From IMG/VR virus record IMGVR_UViG_3300042356_002208: 64,000 nt of DNA. One strand, given 5' to 3'. The notes under the pieces were generated by a model. It did no database searches. It was given only the letters and a program-made list of their open reading frames with translations, and was not told where the DNA came from. Below, piece after piece: positions 47,392 through 56,763 of the stretch. Positions within the stretch are counted from its first letter, which is position 1. Each line of letters begins with the position of its first letter. A program made the position numbers and the translations under genes. The stretch comes from an uncultured virus (IMG/VR IMGVR_UViG_3300042356_002208) (Duplodnaviria > Heunggongvirae > Uroviricota > Caudoviricetes).

Positions 47392-48138
47392 ATGAAGAAT
47401 CTAAAGACATATAGCCAACTGTTTGAGAGTGTGGGAGAGCTCACACCAGAGCAGATCGAGTGGCTTGACGAGTGCATTGATGGTACCTGGAAGATCAATC
47501 CACGAACAGGACTGGTTGATGTGAAAGGAGACTTCGATTGCTCTGAACATGATCTGACGGATTTCAAAGGGATTAGGTTTGGAGTGGTGAGTAAGGATTT
47601 CGGTTGTGACTACAACCAGCTCACCTCACTGGAGGGAGCACCACAGAAGGTTGGTGAGGGTTTCTATTGTAACAACAACCAGCTCACCTCACTGGTGGGG
47701 GCACCACAGGAGGTAGGAGAGCGTTTCAGGTGTGACAACAACCAGCTCACCTCACTGGTGGGGGCACCACAGAAGGTTGAGGGTGATTTCATTTGTGAGG
47801 GAAATCAGCTCACCACACTGGAGGGAGCACCACAGAAGGTTGGGAGGTATTTCTATTGTAGTAACAACCAGCTCACCTCACTGGAGGGAGCACCACGGGA
47901 GATCGGACGGCATTTCAATTGTGAGGGCAACCCAGTTTCCAAAGGGACACTCAAGAGCATCTTCTCCACCATGACGAAGGGTGAGAGCTATCTTCAGGCT
48001 GTGGAGTCTCTCTGGGGTGAGATTCCATTAGGGGATCAGGCTCTGCTGTACAGACCAGAGTTCGAGTGGGTGAGTCCAGAGGAGAGAAGAAAGCTGGAAG
48101 CTCTCCAGGCTTACCAAGGATTTAAAGGTATGATATAA
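47392..48138 (+). CDS. LRR protein, 5 repeats
   Basis: Paralogue abutting previous stop. Confidence 0.95.
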   Translation: MKNLKTYSQLFESVGELTPEQIEWLDECIDGTWKINPRTGLVDVKGDFDCSEHDLTDFKGIRFGVVSKDFGCDYNQLTSLEGAPQKVGEGFYCNNNQLTSLVGAPQEVGERFRCDNNQLTSLVGAPQKVEGDFICEGNQLTTLEGAPQKVGRYFYCSNNQLTSLEGAPREIGRHFNCEGNPVSKGTLKSIFSTMTKGESYLQAVESLWGEIPLGDQALLYRPEFEWVSPEERRKLEALQAYQGFKGMI

Positions 48139-48951
48139 ATGAAGAATCTAAAGACATATCGCCAAATGTTTGAGAACACACAAGAGCTCACACCAGAGCA
48201 GATCGAGTGGCTGGACAAGTTCACTGATGGTACCTGGAAGATCAATCCACGAACAGGACTGGTTGATGTGAAAGGAGACTTCGATTGCTTTAGACAGGAC
48301 CTGACAGATTTTAAAGGCGTTAAGTTTGGAGTGGTGAGTGGGAGTTTCAATTGTAGGAACAACCAGCTCACCTCATTGGAGGGATCGCCACAGGAGGTTG
48401 GAGAGCATTTCAGTTGTAGCAACAACCAGCTCACCTCACTGGTGGGAGCACCACAGCGGGTCAGAAGTGGTTTCTTTTGTAACAACAATCAGCTCACCAC
48501 ACTGGAGGGAGCACCACAGAAGGTTGGAGGGTATTTCGAGTGTAACGGCAACCAGATCACCTCACTGAAGGGAGCACCACAGCGGGTTGGAGGGAGGTTC
48601 AATTGTGAGAACAATCAGCTCACCACACTGGAGGGAGCACCACAGAAGGTGGATGGGTATTTCTATTGTGGGGACAACCAGCTCACCTCATTGGAGGGAG
48701 CAACACTGGAGATCGGACGGGATTATTTCTATTGTGAGAACAACCCAGTTTCTGTGGAGACTCTTAAGAGCATATTCTCCCTCATGAAGAAAGGGGAGAG
48801 TTACATTCAGGCTGTGGAGACACTCTGGAACGAGATTCCAGTAGAGGATCAGGCTCTGTTGTACAGACCAGAGTTCGAGTGGGTGAGTCCAGAGGAGGTA
48901 AGAAAACTGGAAGCGTTAAGAGCTTACCAAGGATTTAAAGGTATGATATAG
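48139..48951 (+). CDS. LRR protein, 6 repeats
   Basis: Paralogue. Confidence 0.95.
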   Translation: MKNLKTYRQMFENTQELTPEQIEWLDKFTDGTWKINPRTGLVDVKGDFDCFRQDLTDFKGVKFGVVSGSFNCRNNQLTSLEGSPQEVGEHFSCSNNQLTSLVGAPQRVRSGFFCNNNQLTTLEGAPQKVGGYFECNGNQITSLKGAPQRVGGRFNCENNQLTTLEGAPQKVDGYFYCGDNQLTSLEGATLEIGRDYFYCENNPVSVETLKSIFSLMKKGESYIQAVETLWNEIPVEDQALLYRPEFEWVSPEEVRKLEALRAYQGFKGMI

Positions 48952-48955
48952 TATT

Positions 48956-49642
48956 ATGATGAAGAATCTAAAGACATATCGCCAACTGTTTGAGAGTGTA
49001 GGAGAACTTACACCAGAGCAGATCGAGTGGCTTGACGAGTGCATTGATGGTACCTGGACACTCAATCCACAAACCGGACTGGTTGATGTGGATGGGGATT
49101 TTGGCTGCTCTCGTATGGATCTGCCAGATTTTAAAGACGTTAGGTTTGGAGTGGTCAGTGGGTATTTCTATTGCTACGGCAACCAGCTCACCACACTGGA
49201 GGGAGCACCACAGCGGGTTGGTGGGGGTTTCAGTTGTAGTGACAACCAGCTCACCACACTGGAGGGAGCACCACAGAAGGTTGGATGGGATTTCTATTGT
49301 AACAACAATCAGCTCACCTCACTGGAGGGTGCACCACGGGAGGTTGAAGGGGATTTTAGATGTGACAACAACCAGCTCACTTCTCTAGTGGGAGCACCAC
49401 AGCGGGTGAGATTGATTTTCTATTGCTACGGCAACCCAGTTTCTAATGAAACACTCAAGAGAATATTCTCCCTCATGAAGAAAGGGGAGAGTCACATGCA
49501 GGCTGTGGAATCACTCTGGAGCAAGATTCCGTTAGAAGATCAGACTCTGTTGTACAGACCAGAGTTCGAGTGGGTGAGTCCAGAGGAGAGAAGGAAGCTG
49601 GAAGCGTTAAGAGCTTACCAAGGATTTAAAGGTATGATATAA
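48956..49642 (+). CDS. LRR protein, 4 repeats
   Basis: Paralogue; mosaic with left cluster. Confidence 0.95.
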   Translation: MMKNLKTYRQLFESVGELTPEQIEWLDECIDGTWTLNPQTGLVDVDGDFGCSRMDLPDFKDVRFGVVSGYFYCYGNQLTTLEGAPQRVGGGFSCSDNQLTTLEGAPQKVGWDFYCNNNQLTSLEGAPREVEGDFRCDNNQLTSLVGAPQRVRLIFYCYGNPVSNETLKRIFSLMKKGESHMQAVESLWSKIPLEDQTLLYRPEFEWVSPEERRKLEALRAYQGFKGMI

Positions 49643-49643
49643 A

Positions 49644-50699
49644 ATGAAGAATCTAAAGACATATAAGATGTTTGAGAGTGCGGTAGAGCTTACACCAGAG
49701 CAGATCGAGTGGTTGGACAAGTGCACTGATGAATGGACTATTAATCCACAAACCGGACTGGTTGATGTGGATGGGGATTTCGATTGCTCTGAACAGGATC
49801 TGACAGATTTTAAAGACGTTAGGTTTGGAGTGGTCAGTGAGGATTTCATTTGCCGGAACAATCAGCTCACCTCACTGGAGGGAGCACCACAGGATGTTGG
49901 AGGGGATTTCTATTGCCACGACAACCAGCTCACCTCACTGGTGGGAGCACCACAGAGTGTTGGGCAGGATTTCAATTGTAGCAACAACCAGCTCACCTCA
50001 CTGGAGGGAGCACCACAGGATGTTGGTGGGTATTTCTATTGCCAGAACAACCGGCTCACATCACTGGTGGGAGCACCACAGGAGATTGCTGGGTATTTCT
50101 ATTGTGAGAACAACCGGCTCACATCACTGGTGGGAGCACCACAGCGGGTCAGAGGGAGTTTCAAGTGTACCAACAACCAGCTCACCTCTCTGGAGGGAGC
50201 ACCGCAGAGTGTTGGACAGGCTTTCAATTGTAGCAACAACCAGCTCACCTCACTGGTGGGAGCACCACAGAAGGTTGGATTTTGGTTCAGTTGTGACCAC
50301 AATCAGCTCACCACACTAGAGGGAGCACCACAGGAGGTTGGAGAGGATTTCATTTGCAGGAACAACCAGCTCACCTCACTGGAGGGAGCACCACAGCGGG
50401 TCAGAGGGGGTTTCTTCTGCGAAAACAACCAGCTCACCTCACTGGATGGGGCACCACGGGAGATTAATGGGATTTTCTATTCCGAGAGCAATCCGGTTTC
50501 TGAAGAGACACTCAGGAGAATATTATACCCCATGGAGAAAGGGAAGAGTTACATCCAGGCTATGGAATCACTCTGGAATGAGATCCCTATAGAGGATCAG
50601 GCTCTGCTGTACAGACCAGAGTTCGAGTGGGTGAGTCCAGAGGAGGGAAGGAAGCTGGAAGCGTTAAAGGCTTACCAAGGATTTAAGGGTATGATATAG
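49644..50699 (+). CDS. LRR protein, 10 repeats
   Basis: Paralogue. Confidence 0.95.
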   Translation: MKNLKTYKMFESAVELTPEQIEWLDKCTDEWTINPQTGLVDVDGDFDCSEQDLTDFKDVRFGVVSEDFICRNNQLTSLEGAPQDVGGDFYCHDNQLTSLVGAPQSVGQDFNCSNNQLTSLEGAPQDVGGYFYCQNNRLTSLVGAPQEIAGYFYCENNRLTSLVGAPQRVRGSFKCTNNQLTSLEGAPQSVGQAFNCSNNQLTSLVGAPQKVGFWFSCDHNQLTTLEGAPQEVGEDFICRNNQLTSLEGAPQRVRGGFFCENNQLTSLDGAPREINGIFYSESNPVSEETLRRILYPMEKGKSYIQAMESLWNEIPIEDQALLYRPEFEWVSPEEGRKLEALKAYQGFKGMI

Positions 50700-50701
50700 G
50701 A

Positions 50702-51376
50702 ATGAAGAATCTAAAGACATATAAGATGTTTGAGAGTGCGGTAGAGCTTACCCCGGAGCAGATCGAGTGGCTTGATGAGTGCTCTGATAAATGGACTATT
50801 AATCCTCATACCGGACTTGTTGATGTGGATGGGAGCTTTAGCTGCACTGGACAGGATCTGACAGATTTTAAAGGAGTTAGATTTGGTGTAGTGAGAGCAT
50901 ATTTTTCATGCGAGGACAACCGTCTCACCTCACTGGAGGGAGCACCACAGGAGGCTGAGGGTTTCTATTGTGACGACAATCAGCTCACCTCGCTGGTGGG
51001 ATCACCAAAGAGAGTTGGCCTTGATTTCTTTTGTAACAACAACCAGCTTACCTCACTGGAGGGAGCACCACAGGAAATCGGTAGCGATTTCAATTGTAGC
51101 AACAACCAGCTCACCTCTCTCGAAGGTGCCCCTCAGAAAATCGGAGGGATGTTCAAATGTGTAAATAATCCGGTTTCTGAGGATACACTCAGGAGTATAT
51201 TCTACCAAATGGAAGATGAGATGAGCTATCAGGAGGCTGTAGAGTCACTTTGGAGCGAGATCCCGTTAGAGGATCAGATGCTACTCTACAAACCAGAGTT
51301 CGAGTGGGTGGGGCCGGAAGAAATAAAGAGACTGGAATTGATAAGGGCTTACCATGGATTTAAGGGTATGATATAA
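50702..51376 (+). CDS. LRR protein, 4 repeats
   Basis: Paralogue, most diverged of the right array. Confidence 0.95.
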   Translation: MKNLKTYKMFESAVELTPEQIEWLDECSDKWTINPHTGLVDVDGSFSCTGQDLTDFKGVRFGVVRAYFSCEDNRLTSLEGAPQEAEGFYCDDNQLTSLVGSPKRVGLDFFCNNNQLTSLEGAPQEIGSDFNCSNNQLTSLEGAPQKIGGMFKCVNNPVSEDTLRSIFYQMEDEMSYQEAVESLWSEIPLEDQMLLYKPEFEWVGPEEIKRLELIRAYHGFKGMI

Positions 51377-51438
51377 ATGATTCTTCCGCAATTCTTCCTT
51401 ATATTTGGAGATATATAAACCAAAAAAAATAAACTAAA

Positions 51439-51900
51439 ATGAAACACCTTAGATTATTTGAGAACTTCGGTCCCACACAAAGATCCGGTAGAAGATATGC
51501 TACTTGCTTTCAGGGAGATGCTTATGCAGCAGTAGGAATCATCGACGAAGTTCAGAAAGAGAAATTGCAAAGTGCTATTGACAGACTTGCTGCCGAATTT
51601 CCTGGAACTGAAGACGAATTAAAAATCTTCGATGTCGATGTAACAGGAATGGGTTATGTAATTCATGACGAGAATGGAGAATTTGAGGCGGTGCCGAATA
51701 GCACTAACACAGAGGATTATGCTTACTACATAGCTAAAGATGGTAGACTTGGTAATGAGAACAACGGTAGTGATTCTTTCCAAGTTTACGAAGAAGCTCG
51801 TTTATTTGACCTAGTTGAAGGTAAATTGCTTTGTATCGACCATCACGGTCACACAGAATTAATGGGTGTTGATGAATTCATCAAAACTTACATAGGATAA
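51439..51900 (+). CDS. Acidic hypothetical protein with N-terminal tag
   Basis: MKHLRLFENF; GATATATA upstream; terminator 51921-51946. Confidence 0.75.
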   Translation: MKHLRLFENFGPTQRSGRRYATCFQGDAYAAVGIIDEVQKEKLQSAIDRLAAEFPGTEDELKIFDVDVTGMGYVIHDENGEFEAVPNSTNTEDYAYYIAKDGRLGNENNGSDSFQVYEEARLFDLVEGKLLCIDHHGHTELMGVDEFIKTYIG

Positions 51901-52054
51901 GTAAACTCATAAGCATTTAGAAAGCAGATTCCGGTCTGCTTTTTTTGTGGGGTAAGTTACTTGATGTTGAAGCGGGCTATATTCTTTGATAGCTGTCAGA
52001 AATCGGTGGATATATAAGTTCAGAGAAATAATTATAAATAACAAATAAACAAAA

Positions 52055-52735
52055 ATGAAAAGAACAAAAATACTATTAATGGTAGCCGCAATTCTTGCTT
52101 TTACATCATGCTCGGATAAGAAGCATGAGACACAAATCGAAGTTGCACAAGAGAAAGAAGCGGGGGTTCTTAGAATTCACGAAGGTCAATTCGCTTTCTG
52201 TGGAGCTTCTGCAGCAGTTCCTACTGGAAAGACCATAACAATTCAGGGCGTTGAGTATCGTGAAGGGTGCGCTATCTGTCCTGTACTTAATGGACCTTCT
52301 ATCTCTAACTTGGCCATGTACGGTAGTGGTGGAACCTGGGGAGACTTTAATGTTGCCAGCAATTTTCAAACCCCAGATGGCACTGACAACACCGTTTGGT
52401 CTCTATTCTGGTACTTTGACACCACAACCGTTATCCCACAGTTCAATCCTGATAGCAAGAAATGGGAGTTGATGTCACCGGTTAATCGTGCATTTGTAAT
52501 TGATATGTCAGATCCAGCAACAAGCGAGAGCAACATGTTTGCCATGCCTGGTGTAATATTCGATACAACCGAAACCGGTATTGTACTGGCTAGAGTTTAC
52601 GGGCCTTTGAATGAGGATGCAGTTCCTCTTCGTGTTGCAATCCCTGTCAAAAACGGACAGACCTCAGTAACAGCAGCTAAGGAAGGATTTCCTTATCCAG
52701 TGGGAACACCGATTCCCGTGATGATCGGGAACTAA
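52055..52735 (+). CDS. Putative lipoprotein
   Basis: Signal peptide with FTSC lipobox. Confidence 0.7.
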   Translation: MKRTKILLMVAAILAFTSCSDKKHETQIEVAQEKEAGVLRIHEGQFAFCGASAAVPTGKTITIQGVEYREGCAICPVLNGPSISNLAMYGSGGTWGDFNVASNFQTPDGTDNTVWSLFWYFDTTTVIPQFNPDSKKWELMSPVNRAFVIDMSDPATSESNMFAMPGVIFDTTETGIVLARVYGPLNEDAVPLRVAIPVKNGQTSVTAAKEGFPYPVGTPIPVMIGN

Positions 52736-53281
52736 CTATGCTCTCTCGACTATATCTAGAATTTCGTCCAGATACTCGTCATTAAATACCGAGATGTACA
52801 CCCCCCAGATCATAGGATAGAAGATCTCAAATCTTTCGATCTCATCCTCCGATTCTTTCTGAGCATGATTCCGTACATTCTTCACGAACATGATAGTTGC
52901 CTGTAAATAATTGAATCCCTCTGGATCTATTCCAGAAACAAGAACCTCGAAGTCGATGCCAGTGTTCTTCTTAACGTCACCAATCTCAGTAGGTCCTTCC
53001 TTCCCGTTCATCTTATGAAAAATCTCATCGTTCCAGAATTTGGACATTTTTGGATAGGAACGTCCAATATTCTCGTAGAGATTGAAATAGGTTTCGCCGC
53101 CTTTAACCATTGCTTCGAATATTCCAGATAGGATTTTTCCTAGCTTCTGACTCCTATCATTTCCTCTACTTAGAAATTCTGAAGCCTGTTTGATCTTAAT
53201 TGGTATGATCATACCCATGCCCATCGGTGGTCCAGGGAAAGCTTTTAGACCCTGTTCTGATTCTGATTTTTGGTTTTTCAT
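52736..53281 (-). CDS. Hypothetical protein
   Basis: Early-type promoter upstream (about 53296-53329). Confidence 0.7.
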   Translation of the reverse strand: MKNQKSESEQGLKAFPGPPMGMGMIIPIKIKQASEFLSRGNDRSQKLGKILSGIFEAMVKGGETYFNLYENIGRSYPKMSKFWNDEIFHKMNGKEGPTEIGDVKKNTGIDFEVLVSGIDPEGFNYLQATIMFVKNVRNHAQKESEDEIERFEIFYPMIWGVYISVFNDEYLDEILDIVERA

Positions 53282-53404
53282 TTCTTTTAGTTTTGAGCAA
53301 ATATAGACACCATATACGGGATGAAAAAATAAATCACAATTTTTTATTCACGGAATGTATTATTAATATTGAGAAAATTGATAGATAACAACAAATAAAA
53401 GAAC

Positions 53405-53641
53405 TTGAGAATGGACATTGATATTACATTTTGCGTGGGAAAGGATTGTCCTTTAAAGAAAACCTGCAGCAGACACATGTATTTAAAAGATTCTTTTATG
53501 GAAGCATATTTTTCCGAAGCCCCTTATAAGAGGGAGGAGGAAAGATGCGAGTACTATCGACCAACAGAAACAATGGAGTATGAATTCGTAGAGCAAAAAC
53601 AGGAAGACAAGGAAAGCAAAACTAATTCAGAAGATGTCTAA
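53405..53641 (+). CDS. Small Cys-rich protein
   Basis: DITFC.G.DCPLK.TCSR..C. Confidence 0.6.
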   Translation: MRMDIDITFCVGKDCPLKKTCSRHMYLKDSFMEAYFSEAPYKREEERCEYYRPTETMEYEFVEQKQEDKESKTNSEDV

Positions 53642-53651
53642 ATAAAGCAAG

Positions 53652-53966
53652 ATGCCATACAAAACTGAAAAACTTAAGCTCGATTCACCCTTTCTGGATA
53701 AAAGGGTTAAGCTGTTGCCATGCCAGAAAGAAATGGTATTGTACTGGACCGAGAGAGGCATGAGTCAGAGAAACCTCGCAAAACTATTTAAGGTTTCCAG
53801 AAGACTAATTACATTTATCCAAGATCCCAAGAAGAAGGAGATAGATCTACAGAGAAGAGCCGAAAGAGGAGGAAGTAAGATCTACTATAAAGGCGGAGTC
53901 GAGTGGGCAGAGACACAGCGAAGACACAGATCTAGAAAGCATGAACTTCTGAAGCATCTAGTTTAG
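53652..53966 (+). CDS. Small helix-turn-helix protein
   Basis: GMSQRNLAKLFKVSRRLI. Confidence 0.65.
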   Translation: MPYKTEKLKLDSPFLDKRVKLLPCQKEMVLYWTERGMSQRNLAKLFKVSRRLITFIQDPKKKEIDLQRRAERGGSKIYYKGGVEWAETQRRHRSRKHELLKHLV

Positions 53967-54030
53967 ATCCGGATCTCTTTCCAATTTATCCGTTCCATTG
54001 GAATATATACAGAAAGAGATATAGAGTTCA

Positions 54031-54483
54031 ATGGAAAACATTAAGGGATATCAAGATTTCGTAAACGAATCTTTAAATCAACCAATTTTAGAATCAGTAG
54101 AGTGGAAGGGGGTAGAGATAGTTTCTGCCAGAACACACGGGGGTAAGGATCCCAAAACTGGTAAGCCAAAGGATTTGACCGGTAGAATAGTTTTCATCTA
54201 TAACAACACAGAACTTTATTATAAGGTAAATGTCAAAGTTAAAAAACTCCTTGTAACTTGGTATGAAGGACCTATAGCTGTTGAAGTGGTTTGGAAAAGC
54301 AAGGAGACCGGAGACATCTACGTTAAGGACAACACAGATAAGGTATTTAAATTGGACGATGCAACTCTAAACACTCTTGCATCCAAGGTTAAGACAAAAG
54401 CATCAAGTATAGCTTTTAGTGGGACCGGAGAGATTAAAGGAGTCGAGGGAGACTATGATGCAACACTTACTAAAGTAGCATAA
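54031..54483 (+). CDS. Hypothetical protein with N-terminal tag
   Basis: MENIKGYQDFVNE. Confidence 0.75.
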   Translation: MENIKGYQDFVNESLNQPILESVEWKGVEIVSARTHGGKDPKTGKPKDLTGRIVFIYNNTELYYKVNVKVKKLLVTWYEGPIAVEVVWKSKETGDIYVKDNTDKVFKLDDATLNTLASKVKTKASSIAFSGTGEIKGVEGDYDATLTKVA

Positions 54484-54499
54484 AATAAATTTTTAATAA

Positions 54500-55903
54500 A
54501 TGAGTTCTGTTAATAAATCGAAAGCTCTTGAGCTATCCAGCGAGATTAGAAGATTCTATCCTGAATATGAAAAACTTAGAACTAAGATAGAATCTAAGGG
54601 GGAGAAAGAATTGAGCGAACAAGAGGTTCAAAAATACTCGGACTTAAAGGATAAGTTAATGAAGTCGGTTGAAAATACCACTAAGGATGCTTATAAGTTT
54701 GTGGATGCTCCAACTCTAGTTAAAGTCCAATCGATTGTAGGGACTAAGGATGATAAGAGAACAGTTTTTACTTATCAGCCAAAAACATCCGCATCGGATC
54801 TGATTGTTGTTACCTCTACTGAAATAAACCAGGCAACCATTAATGGTGCTAATAAAAAATTTAAGGGATTACCTGATGATCTATTTGCATTTGGTCATCA
54901 ACCAACTTTACAAATATTGGGTAGAAATGAACTTTCGGAGGATAACTGGAAACCGATATATGATTCTACTGATAATAAGATGACTAGCGAATATACGATT
55001 AGCTGTTCATTTAGATTAAATAGATTTCCAACTAGAACATTTTACAGATCGATAGATTCTATCTATAAAACCAATACAACTAGACGTACGGAGATAATGA
55101 GATTTCAGTATTCACGAGAAAACGGTGAAAATGAAAAGGGTACTAAGCTTTATACTGATCCTCCTCATAACTTTATCTCGATAGGAGCAGTTGCCCCTTA
55201 CTCTATCATACCTGTCGAGACGGAAGGCAATAAATATAGATACAAAGAATCCTATAAAGAGAAAAGAAGTCCATTTTCGATAGGGGTTGCCTTTCCATTA
55301 GCCTCCGGATCCCAAACAGTCTACACAGATTATAAGTTTGAATTGAAGAAATGGTATAATCTGAGGATAGAATTAAGAAAAGAGGACGGTACAACGGATA
55401 ATACATATAAAGTCCATTTGTATGTTAATGATTTGCTCCAAGAAGTTGCTCTGGTTCCAAGAATTCTGTGGAATAAAAACTGTGAAAAATTACGCAGAAA
55501 AAATCTTTTTGACAGCTTTGATAAAGCTCAAGAGATGTTGGGGGATCTGGATAAACGGACCAAGTATAATGAAAAATTCTTAATAGCTTCGCTACCTGGA
55601 TTTAATCATAATAGTAATCGCGAGGAGATTCGTGAAAAAATATTAAAAGGTGTTGATGAATCTCAAGCAATAAAGTCTTATACCGGAGATATTTCATCGA
55701 TTAGAGAAGAATTTATTGATTTCCGATTTAACATTCTCTCTAAGATAGTGACTCCACCATATTATAATGGATTTCTTCATACAAATTTATCTTTGCTCAA
55801 GGAACAAACCCAATTCACCAATCACGAAAAATATTGGGTTCACCATAAGAAGAAAATGAATACGAGTATCGATTATGGGGATATTAGCATTTCACTAAAA
55901 TAA
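54500..55903 (+). CDS. Hypothetical protein, possible ConA/LamG-like beta-sandwich
   Basis: YTISCSFRL..KKWYNLRIEL..HLYVND. Confidence 0.65.
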   Translation: MSSVNKSKALELSSEIRRFYPEYEKLRTKIESKGEKELSEQEVQKYSDLKDKLMKSVENTTKDAYKFVDAPTLVKVQSIVGTKDDKRTVFTYQPKTSASDLIVVTSTEINQATINGANKKFKGLPDDLFAFGHQPTLQILGRNELSEDNWKPIYDSTDNKMTSEYTISCSFRLNRFPTRTFYRSIDSIYKTNTTRRTEIMRFQYSRENGENEKGTKLYTDPPHNFISIGAVAPYSIIPVETEGNKYRYKESYKEKRSPFSIGVAFPLASGSQTVYTDYKFELKKWYNLRIELRKEDGTTDNTYKVHLYVNDLLQEVALVPRILWNKNCEKLRRKNLFDSFDKAQEMLGDLDKRTKYNEKFLIASLPGFNHNSNREEIREKILKGVDESQAIKSYTGDISSIREEFIDFRFNILSKIVTPPYYNGFLHTNLSLLKEQTQFTNHEKYWVHHKKKMNTSIDYGDISISLK

Positions 55904-55939
55904 TTCACATATTTTTATCCTCAACTGTAATATATAGAC

Positions 55940-56141
55940 GAAAGAGAAGGTATTTAAGAAATTCGGACCTCGTGTCAGAATCATCTCCCTCCAATGGCAC
56001 TCTTAGCGGGGTGCCATTGGCAGTAGGGCTAATACCTCGAATAAATTATCATAAAGATATCCGGCGGGTTTAATCCCCCATTTTAGGACCGGAGTAGTTA
56101 CGACTACTAAGGATCGGAATTCGCTACTCCGATCCTTTTTT
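55940..56141 (+). ncRNA. Candidate structured non-coding RNA (about 200 nt)
   Basis: AATATATA at 55929, several stems, UNCG-type loop, U-tailed terminator, no ORF. Confidence 0.5.
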
Positions 56142-56143
56142 AT

Positions 56144-56713
56144 TTAAGCCTTCTCCCATTTAAAATAAACGGTCTTGTCATTCTGAACCTCTATATAGCC
56201 ATTCGGTTTATATTGATCCCTGTTTAATCTGCAAGAAAACCTAGTTCCCATATAGATTGTAGATAGACCAGGAAAAGAATTCGATTCCCTAGACTCATTA
56301 AATTTGGAAACCTCTTTTATCTGGTCTGGTGATATCGTTATGTTTAATTCTTCCTTTATTCCTCGGATGATCCCTTCCAGGGGTATTTCATTCGGTCCAA
56401 TCTTTTCTGATAGAGAAGTGTTTAAAGATCTTGTTTTTGTTCTGCCTCCTTTGAAAACCTGTTTGTCCTCTTTTAGAATAAACATTCCGAATGTGTCCTC
56501 ATAGTAGATATTAGCAGAGACCACGTGGATTACTCGGATTAATCCATCTTCCGTTTCTGTTAATTCGCATTCCCCAGATCGTATCTCCTGTAAGAGATGA
56601 TCTACCGTTTTAGCAGCTCCTCTGCCCCATAGATTTACTTCTATTCCATTATCTGCTAGATATGATCCCAACTCATGGAGAGTAACCGATATAGGGTTAA
56701 TTGACGATGCCAT
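56144..56713 (-). CDS. Nudix-like protein
   Basis: SEKI...E.P.EG..RGIKEEL degenerate Nudix box. Confidence 0.55.
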   Translation of the reverse strand: MASSINPISVTLHELGSYLADNGIEVNLWGRGAAKTVDHLLQEIRSGECELTETEDGLIRVIHVVSANIYYEDTFGMFILKEDKQVFKGGRTKTRSLNTSLSEKIGPNEIPLEGIIRGIKEELNITISPDQIKEVSKFNESRESNSFPGLSTIYMGTRFSCRLNRDQYKPNGYIEVQNDKTVYFKWEKA

Positions 56714-56763
56714 TATTTTAATTCTATTTGTGATCTATATATTTATTTAGAATATATAAAGAG

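Noticed and set aside
46416..51164. Alternative-frame and antisense ORFs over LRR genes (TTSSPHWREHH repeats; also 11618-12585)
   Set aside because: Shadows of the repeated coding sequence; no independent signals
46519..51376. 63-bp conserved/variable periodicity as a CRISPR array
   Set aside because: Repeats are in frame within intact ORFs, and the variable parts retain fixed V, F and C codons
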